Positions 23,465 through 32,327 of a DNA stretch of 32,327 bases are shown here, in pieces. The notes beneath the pieces were generated by a model. That model did not search any database, was not told the DNA's origin, and saw only the letters and a list, made by a program, of their open reading frames with translations. A program made the translations under genes and the position numbers. Source of the DNA: Catajapyx aquilonaris (Eukaryota). Location: NCBI GenBank assembly GCA_000934665.2, contig JYFJ02001035.1, positions 62,001 through 94,327 of the forward strand. The letters run 5' to 3'. Numbering within the stretch: the stretch's first letter is position 1; each line of letters starts with the position of its first letter.

Positions 23465-24357
23465 GGAGAAGCAACAGCATGGCGTCGACTGTGCCCCCGC
23501 TTAGTCCAGAGGTCAGGAAGATGCTGATGGAGTGTGCCGAGTACAGCATGAGCCACGAGGACGCAGAATCGGCCAAGGTGGTAGAAGAGCTCCAGAGGTA
23601 CGAGGAAGCCGAAGAAGTGGCGTGTGAATCAGCCGTGGTTGTCCCTCCGCCTGTGGATATCGGCGGGGTCAATCTTGACCAGGTGAACTCCACCTACCCA
23701 ATCCCTTTGTTACCACCACCACCCTTTCCCTCCCCTCCTCTACCTCCCCCGCCGACAATCCTTCCCCCGCCGCTGGACGAATGTGACGTGGACTCTGAGC
23801 GAACGTCGTCCATCTATCCGGACAGTTCAGCTCAGAACACCCCGTCCAGAGTACCCCTGCTACGGCCTCGTAGCAGCCCTCAGAGGACTGTGGACATCCT
23901 GCCTCCACCACCTCCACCCCTTATGGTGGATGACCCCGAAGATGGAACAGTCAAGATAAGTGTGTCGAGGCCTACCACGGTTACCGAAGAGGACGACGAA
24001 GACCGTGTGCCAGTGTGGTTGGTGCTTCTATTTGTCATCAGCTACGTGTGCGGTGGAGCAGTGCTGTTCTCGTACTGGGAAGGATGGGGGTACCTGGATG
24101 GCGCTTATTTTTGCTTCATCACATTGTCCACCATAGGATTCGGTGACTTAGTGCCGGGACCTAACACTCTTCGGGGTTCGGAAGGGGGCGAGGCTCACGC
24201 GCAGTTGGTGGTATGCTGCGTGTACCTCATCCTAGGCTTGGCCATCATCGCCATGTCGTTCAACCTGGTCCAAGAGGAAGCCATTGCCAAGTGCAAAACG
24301 CTAGCCAGGAACCTGGGTATCCTCCAATCAGAACAGCCCATACGTCACCATGAATGA
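23465..24357 (+). CDS. K2P channel last coding exon: Pro-rich loop, M3, P2 (TIGFG), M4, short C-tail, stop
   Basis: Acceptor atatcgcAG at 23463-23464. A+GG=Arg keeps frame into the 292-aa ORF. Contains M3 VPVWLVLLFVISYVCGGAVLF, P2 WEGWGYLDGAYFCFITLSTIGFGDLVPG and M4 CCVYLILGLAIIAMSFNLVQE. TGA at 24355-24357. Confidence 0.95.
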
Positions 24358-24420
24358 CCCTAGCTCTATCAGGTTTGCAGACATTTTCGCCGCTTCCACT
24401 AACTATACTAACATCGAAAA

Positions 24421-24498
24421 GGGCCGTTCACACCATGCATTCACTTTGCTGTTGAATCCATCGAGCCCAACAACAACGACTGGTGTGAACCCGCTTTA
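24421..24498. repeat. Short inverted repeat just downstream of the K2P stop (possible PIF/Harbinger-type MITE remnant)
   Basis: GTTCACACCA (24426-24435) pairs with TGGTGTGAAC (24481-24490), and the inner TTGCTGTTG pairs with CAACAACAA. GGGCCGTTCACAC resembles Harbinger/Tourist termini. Confidence 0.45.
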
Positions 24499-25113
24499 GG
24501 TTCAAAATTGTACTTTCCATCCACCCAAAATATTCTCCTGGAAGGAAAAAAATTGTCTTCAGACTTTTCTTCATTTCCCCTTTTCTTGCAAGAGTTTGAT
24601 TCTGTTCGGATACGGGCAAGTTCAGGTACTTAAACATTCATAGCAGGTCGCTCTTTCTAATCCCAGCATCCTACAAAGGAAATTATAAGTAAACGCTTTT
24701 TTCCCCAGCGTGACACGAATAGCGATGCATCTTATCAGAGATGCGTTGTGGCATTTGATTAGCCCTAAAAATACGAGCATACATACATTAATTTACTAAA
24801 TTATTCAATATGTTAAAACTAGTAGTTCCCCTTTAAGGACGATCCCTCAGGACTAAATCGTTTGTACATAATGTGCAATTATATCGCCCCCCTCGTACTG
24901 GGACTCGAGTTGAAAAGTAGAGGTCAGAAGGTAAAGCCCGGGTGTGTAAGGTAATAAGGTTGTCGTGGGGTGTTCCCATGAGACGAAGGGAGCGGAGGCC
25001 GTTCGTTTCTTTGCCCCACCTCTCCGGAGACTAGTTGCGCGCGATTTATGTAAATCACAGATGGGAGTCGAGCTGGAAGGCCGTAAAAGTGCCTCTAGAT
25101 AAGTTTCCCCCCT

Positions 25114-25205
25114 TTGCGCGACCGTTGCCCCGACCGTTGCCCAACCGTCGCCCAACCGTCCCACGAGGGTTAAATCACGCCGGTCCGGCCGCCATTTTTT
25201 GGGAC
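25114..25205. repeat. Short second copy of the 11-bp minisatellite (4 units) with shared CCGCCATnTTT..GGGAC tail
   Basis: TTGCGCGACCG TTGCCCCGACCG TTGCCCAACCG TCGCCCAACCG TCC...CCGCCATTTTTTGGGAC. Compare 22169 CCGCCATGTTTGGGAC. Confidence 0.9.
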
Positions 25206-28200
25206 TACCATTATATTCCAGCGTTCAAAATTGGTTGACGCGACATGCCTTACAAATCTACATAATTAGTTAGCCCCAATAATGTTAGTGTATCGTTCAG
25301 GTAATTGCGGGGTACATTGAAATGTCCGGGGGGTTTTCAATTACTAAGTGGTCGAATTGCGAGCATTCACGCGTGTTTCCAGCTGACAAGATTGAACGTG
25401 GGCAAACACCGGGGCCAAAAATGTCGACTCCAGCTTTTAAAAAAACATGGATATTGGTTTTCGCCTGGGAGACATAATTAACAATGCACCAGGCCACCCA
25501 ATTTGTTGCGGCACATTGAAGCAACAAGGATCGTTGCCAGACATAATAATTACTAATCAACTAGTCAACCCTGGTGTGAGCTCCAACACTGCAAATCTGC
25601 ACATGATGTACCACCCTAATTGCATTTCAGTTGCATCACTTGACACACTAGAGATGCTAGCACGTTTAGCATGGATGCATGTCCACAAAGTATATAAATC
25701 CTGGATAATTGGCGTCGCTTGACATACTTCATATCGCTTCGTGACAGACCCCAATATTTATCGACAGGGATATGAATCTTGGGAGGCTGGAAACCAATTT
25801 GAAACTGCAATCATGAAGGAGACAACGGTATCGGAAATTGGACGCAACAGTTGCGCCGAAAACCCGTCGTAAAAGAGCGGGGCGTGATGAGCACAGGTTT
25901 GAAATATGCCGATGATGATGGTCCTACAGAAAAACCAGTTCTAAACTCTGGATAGGCAGTTTATTTCAATATTTTGATGATTCTATGTCATAGAAGGTAA
26001 GATATTTTAGAAGGTAAAAAACATACAGTGCCAAAAGCCAACAAGGCATTTTTCCCCCCAGTAAAGTAAGCTGCAGCTCTTATTGAACAAGCTGTATTAT
26101 TTACACCAACTCGAGCTTCAAGAACAGCAAAAAACTTCTAAAAATGCCTTTTATTAAGAAGTGAAAAATCCATATTTCCGAGCAAAACAGGACCTGCAAA
26201 GTGTGCTAGTGGTATCGGAATTTTTCTGCAGGAACAACACAATTCATGGGGAGGCAAAGCATAAATTTGTTGGTTGGATGGAAAGGACCAGACTCAGTGG
26301 AGCTTATTTAGTTGAAACTGCGTGGTTTTTCGCCTGTGGAGGTACACATGAACAGTGTGCCTGTAGGCATTACCAAATCCACAGCAACTTTGAGCCTTAC
26401 CAAAAAAAAAAATTAAAACAAAAAATCGACCGACCCTCGGGACACTAAAGCTGGGGCACTTCAATCCCTGAAAAAAGTGGACCCAACAATTTTGATTAGT
26501 GGAAAACTGCAAAGATGAGCAAACTCTGATATTTCTTTTGATAAAAATGACAATTTCTATACCAAAGTTTTGTGTACGAAACGCTGCTTTACAAATAAAC
26601 TGCCGACGTACTCGCATCAGTGGACACTTTGTGGATGACGAATACAGAAGCCTTATTTGGACTGATTCTTTACACTCAATTATGTGCTGGTGATGGTTCT
26701 TATTATCGTGTCTTGGATGCAATACACTGGTTTCCCAATTTTTGCTAGTTTCAGTATAAAAAAAAAAATCCAAAATTTGCACTTACAGCAATCATCATAT
26801 GGAACCAATCTTAAGGGTAAGTCCCCTTTAATTAATATCATTGCTATTTATCTATAGATTGTTTCGTAGGGTATCCTCACATTTTTTAAGGTATAGTAAA
26901 TCACCAGATGGCTACTTAAGCCCGTACCACACTGACGGGCGTGTATATTGGAAAAGAAGCATCATAAGCCTGATACATAAAAACACCCCAGCAGCTCGTA
27001 ACTTTGGTGAGGTAATAGCCTGTCTAAGTAGGTTTAGCTTGCATTTCCCACAACGAATATGGAAACGAGGTCTTCTCTGCAGCAATATTAGCCTTTGCCC
27101 GGCTTATTGACAATGTAGCCTAGAGCGAATTTTGAAAATTGCCAATTCCATCAGATGATATTAGTGTAATGGCAGACAACGACAATATCAATGATAATGC
27201 AACAGGACAAAATTATCCATTACTTTCTGCTTGGTTCTCTCCAAAGCTGAACGTTTGTCCCCAAATTGGATTAACCGTTTTCTTGGCCGTCACAAGACGA
27301 TATTAACCATTTTCTTCTCTTCCGTCTTTTCCTCTTTGAGACTTCAAACAGAGTGTATTGGCAGCGGCCAAGGAAATTGCCCTTTGAAAAGCGGCCTCAA
27401 AATCAAGATGGAATGCCTCTGCCACATTTCCTACCTGTTTCCATCCCTTTATTCCGGATGAATTGAGTTCTGAGTCGATTTATTTCTTGTGTGTGCAAAA
27501 ACTGTTGTATTCTCGTCTTGGACCGAAATGAGATTTGGCGTTTCTAGCAAAAAAACCGATTAGAGAGTCTGCTTACTCGGCGGGATTTTTTTCCCCCTCC
27601 AGAACCAACCGCGCCCATGTTTTGTTGCCAGATTTCAGCTCAGATTCGCAATGATATAGAAATGTTTTGCAAAAACTGTTCTGTAGCGAGGTATTTTTTT
27701 TGGTATAGCAAGTACTATTGTTCTCTCCTTATTACTTCAGGAGTATAAGCTATGTTTTTAAGTAACAAGATTGTGGCATATATTCAACATAATAAAATTG
27801 GTGTGTATATACCACACACAGAATTCAATGTACAGTACACGGTGCACCAGCCTAGCAGCCTAGGCACCAGCCTAGCCTAGCACCAGTCTGTAGAACTCGT
27901 GTAAGTTGGATTGCCAAAAGGGCGTATTTTAAAGCACATGGCTTTCACATTCCAGTAGTGTATAGACACCGAGTGTTTCAATCGCTGTGTAGCAGTAATT
28001 TAGGTAGCGAATCGTAATTCCAGGGGATCTTTTCTAGAAGAGAGGCAGCGGAAAGAAAATGGTTCGGTTGGAGAGGCAGAAATCCCAAAGTGCATTATGC
28101 AAGCAGCATTAGGCTGGAATAAAAGGCCGAACAGGGGAGGTTCTGGCAATAGAGACGGAGCAGGAGAGAAAGCACTGGGGGGGATCCCTTCAGTAATGTA

Positions 28201-30180
28201 ACCATGAACGATCATTCCGTAGGAAGCCCGGCAGGACCCAAATGCTTCATTTGTTCGCAATCCCCAGCAAAATTGCAAGGCTTCGATATCTACCCTACCT
28301 TATTACCCTAAAAGCGTCTCCCTACTGTTAGAGAGCCGGGAGAGTCAACCGGACCTGATTTAGAGAAAAGAGGATCGGAGATGTAAATGGTTGTGTTAGG
28401 ACATACAGTTTTTTAGATAATATGAGAGGTCAGCAATGTGCTTTGAATAAATGCAGGGTTATATTTTATAATATTGCAATGGGTCGCTTTAAAATTAATT
28501 GCTGGTGGTCTGTATTCAGAGCAGACCGCATTCACCATTTGTGCATGGCTTGACTGTGTTTAGCAATAATTATGAGAATTACCGGATATCAAACACTATA
28601 TCGTGACCTGCATTGAAACATGTTTACTACTGCATGTGTTAATCCAGGATTCTCATGTCAACTGCAATCCTGAATATTTTTATGCCCATTTGTCATAATA
28701 TGAACTGACTAACTGATTTCAACCATTTTCATCATGTCACGTGCCACAATGAAGCAGGAAATATTTCAAGACTTGTTAGATATACTGTATATGAATTCAT
28801 AAGGAGTGTGCAGCTGAGCCTAGCACGGATTCTGCTGATAAGAATGGTTAAAGCTGCCATTTGCTGGCAGAGACAGCTTTTCCACATTGGCAAGCGGGGG
28901 GCTATTGGAATTTTCTGGCCCGCCTTACAAGTTTCGTGCAGTCATTTGTAGTCACAAGAGGACGCCTGGCAGGGATTACACTCTGCTCGTCGTCCCAACT
29001 TGCTCCTCTTTTCTCAATGGCTGAATCATAAGCTGGCTCTTGGAGGATCATAGGTCGACAATTTATTCGTATGTTCAGGTCGTTATTCGCTAAATTTTTT
29101 TGCCTTCCTTAAAATCATATTTTTGAAATAAATTTTCTACAATTTTAAAATTATGTAAATAAAACGTTATGATAGCAATATTTTTGGTCATTGTTGAGTG
29201 AATTCTTGCTTATTTTACCTAGGGGACTCCTAATGCTTCTGTTTATCACATCAATCCTTTTGTTGACTTTAGACACGCGCAGTTTTTCCCCACCAGCCAT
29301 CTCCTAGATTAATAATTTGCGCACGTTGTATGCAGTAGGTGGTGTAAGATATAGGCTTGGAAGCGACGTTGAAAAGAGCTGGCTGGTGGCATGATGGCTC
29401 CATTCCATCCCCACATCAAATGTAACGAGGCCCCACCGGCCCATGTTGAACCTAGACCTCCACATGTGCCATTTGCTCTCCGGATTAGATTTTCCCCATC
29501 TCCTGCACAATGCCAGGAGATTCTCAAAAGAGAGGAAAAAAAAGTAGGAAAATGAGGATTTTGCAAACGAAAAAATAAGGTAGGCTTTGAGTCAGACTTC
29601 TGGGCTACATGATTCGCAAGTTAATCCAAAACCTGGTGTTTATGCCCTAGGAAAAGGCTTTGGCTAACAAATCTATAGGAATGACAATGGGCGTCTTTAG
29701 TGCCAGCAGCAGGTCGCTGGAGGAGAATTACAATCGAGTTTGAGAGAAAGGCGCCATTTGCATGAATCGCGTTCAAACAGTGTGAGTGGGAGGAGTAGCT
29801 TCTCTAAGCTAACACCTTGACACAACCTGCGGCTCGGTAAATGCTAATAATCCACAATGAAACCCGTCTTGGAGTGAGTACTTTGGAATGCAAAGCCCCC
29901 CGTTCTCCGTTTGCTGGAGCGCATGCCAACAATAAGTTGTCACTTGGGGGCACCAGGTGTGCGGTGCAGTTGTTCTCATCGAGATTGCTAGTGTCTAAGA
30001 GTGAGAGAGGGCCATTTTGGCAGCAAGTGGCTCAAGCAAGTCTTGCGAGTTGTGAAGTGCGAGAGGAATTGAAATATAGGTAGGTTGACTGCTTAGTGTT
30101 TGGAAGGAATTGTAGTTAGGCAGTTGATGAAATCCAAGCCATCATCACTGTTGACAACCGTGCTGGCAGGGCCTTGGGAG

Positions 30181-30250
30181 CCGTTAGCGACGGTTGGCGA
30201 CAGTTGGCGACCGTTGGGGACCGTTGGGGACCGTTGGGGACCGTTGGCAA
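30181..30250. repeat. 10-bp minisatellite CCGTTGGSGA, 7 units
   Basis: CCGTTAGCGA CGGTTGGCGA CAGTTGGCGA (CCGTTGGGGA)x3 CCGTTGGCAA. It shares the GACCGTTG core with the 11-mer arrays. Confidence 0.9.
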
Positions 30251-30951
30251 TGCAGGTGCTCAGGAAGTCAAACGATGCTCAATTGACTAGACATGTACCG
30301 ATAATCGGTGATATCTCGTTAAGTACATCACTAGACATCATCTAAATGGTGGTCGCCATTATTTTACAGGCTACACTATGATTAAATTGAATTCCCTACT
30401 TTTTCACGTCATTACATCGCACTTCCCACTAGATCTCCCTCATTTTTCAGCACTGATGAAAAATATGATGTTAATCACGGCGTGTGCCCAATGCTGATTA
30501 TGATGGGGGATAACCGAAATTACGCAAATTTAATTATGACATTTGATAAATCTTTTGGGACATTAATTGAGCCGTTGCAATTAGCACCTAATGATTAGCA
30601 AGTAGCCACTGATCCGGCAGGAAACGTATTAGTTCATTAATTTTGGATCGCTGGGAGTTGAAGATAAATAAACAAGGATGGCTCTATTTCAGCCATAAAA
30701 TTTTCTGGTTTTCAAAGAAATTTCCCAAATGGGTAAAAAATCGGCGCCGACTTTACTCGTCATGTCAAAACGACAAACAGACGTCTTTGCCAGTTTTCCT
30801 GTCTGTCTTTCAGCCTTAGTTGTCAGCTGTCGATGGAAGCAACCGAAACTTTCCGCTTTCATCGTCACGCGACAGCGCCATCTAAACTCGACAAGTTTTC
30901 CTCCAAATCATTGGGGAGGTTGTGTGCCAGCTGCAAAAAAACGGTTTTTTG

Positions 30952-31710
30952 GAATTAACTGCTCCGCTTGCACAATAATGTTATTGTCATATTAATCACA
31001 TGATTCCAAGGACTGGCGTGCTTTAATCTGCACGACAATTTGGAAGCAAAGTAGTTTTTTAAAGGTTAAAATTTTTGGAGAAAATGTGCTAGCCCTTTGG
31101 ATATTTGCATTAAGACGAAGACATTTTTTGCAGTTGAATGAACTTTTGAATGTCATTACTGGAGCCAAATTTGTTCACAGTTAGGAAATGGTTCACAGTT
31201 AGGAAATAAGCTGTCAAAACCATATTGTGGAAATGCCAAAGTTTCATTCTAAAAAATAGTTTTAATTATCCTATAGTTCTACCACACTTGATGTAGCAAC
31301 TACTTTCAGCGGCCCCTCTATTTGCAACAATTATGCTATTAATCACATGATGCATTCTGAACGCTTCAAATCTGTTTTGCAATTTACGAGTCGAACATTT
31401 TTCCCATGTTTTTTCACCATAAAAAGAGGTGATTTACAGACCCTGCATGCAGATGAACTTTCCATGAGATCGAATTAACTGCTCTTTATCCGCAATAATG
31501 TTATTGTCATAATAATCACATGATTTCAGTCTACATACTTCAATCTATGCAATTTGGAAGCAAATCCCCCCCCCCCCCNCCCGTATTTTTTTGCGAGCTA
31601 AAAAAAGAGAGTCCATTTTCTGTGGAAAAAATAGTACATTTTCTGTGGAAAAAAGAGCGGCTTCACAGATCTGCATGCAGATGAAGAAGACATTTTCTGC
31701 GAGCTCGATT
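30952..31710. repeat. Old degenerate direct repeats (~100-bp cores at 30952-31050 and 31472-31564, partial at ~31325-31385)
   Basis: GAATTAACTGCTC...CAATAATGTTATTGTCATAwTAATCACATGATT...CAATTTGGAAGCAAA occurs twice, CTGCATGCAGATGAA twice, and GAAGACATTTT twice. Confidence 0.85.
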
Positions 31711-32273
31711 TTCATCCTGACAACTCACTTCCTGAAGGGAAATACAGGACTTTAAACGTCTAGAAAAGCTGCTCCGTATATATATATATTTTTTTCTCTA
31801 CACTGCAACGTCCCGACGGTGCATTTTGCAGTAGCAGTTATATTCTCCGTTTTACATAATTCAGTTGGACTTTTTCCTAGAAAAAAAAATATATGACGGT
31901 TCTGGGCTGCTGGCAACACAATTTTTTTGTTTGCTGGCCCCACCGTTTCCTTCCGGCAGAAAACATTTTGTGGTTTAGTATGATATAAGCAGTGTGTGTG
32001 TGTATGGTGTTTGGTGAGGTAGAGCGTACTTCCGCCGCAAAATGGACATGACGATGCACTTTCTTCGCTTTCGCTACCGATTTTCGTTCCCAAGTTGGCT
32101 GGCCAACCATTCCGCAAAATTAAGTAGCTGTATTCACAATTTTTTTTTTGCAGAAACTTATGACACACCTTGTACATTTTCAAATTTTTAGGTAAGCTAA
32201 TATTGTTGTCATCTAAAACAATTTAATTGCTCCTATTTAAAAAAAATTACCCTGTGATAGGGTGGAGCCCTTT

Positions 32274-32325
32274 TACACTCTTAACCATTTACCTTCTCTA
32301 GAGAGGGTAAATGGTTAAGAGTGTA
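32274..32325. repeat. 52-bp spacer-less palindrome with one mismatch
   Basis: TACACTCTTAACCATTTACCTTCTCT|AGAGAGGGTAAATGGTTAAGAGTGTA. The only mismatch is T32294/G32305. It lies at the window edge. Confidence 0.95.
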
Positions 32326-32327
32326 GG

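Noticed and set aside
24355..24363. Stop-codon readthrough (TGA-C context)
   Set aside because: An in-frame TAG follows after one sense codon, so any extension would be trivial.
27844..27890. GCACCAGCCTAG short repeats
   Set aside because: Tiny slippage repeat with no further structure.

Overview
This is eukaryotic (metazoan, probably arthropod-like) genomic DNA, not prokaryotic. The only convincing protein-coding gene is the 3' part of a spliced two-pore-domain potassium channel (K2P/TWiK/KCNK family) on the + strand. It has three exons in the window (2678-2866, 22992-23405, 23465-24357), joined by GT-AG phase-1 introns of 20,125 bp and 59 bp. Together they give about 498 aa: cap, P1 (TIGYG), M2, a ~270-aa Pro-rich loop, M3, P2 (TIGFG), M4. 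No exon encoding the N-terminus/M1 was found, so it presumably lies upstream of the window. The rest is intron or intergenic DNA full of repeat debris: two LTR-retrotransposon 5' relics sharing an identical 18-nt tRNA-Leu primer-binding site, a truncated tRNA-derived SINE, three long palindromes/foldbacks, a ~250-bp tandem duplication, several minisatellites, and a dispersed CGACCGTTG-type minisatellite family. Nearly all ORFs in the supplied track are spurious. I found no convincing undescribed biological system. The most interesting leads are the micro-intron that could split the channel into two halves and the paired PBS/LTR relics.
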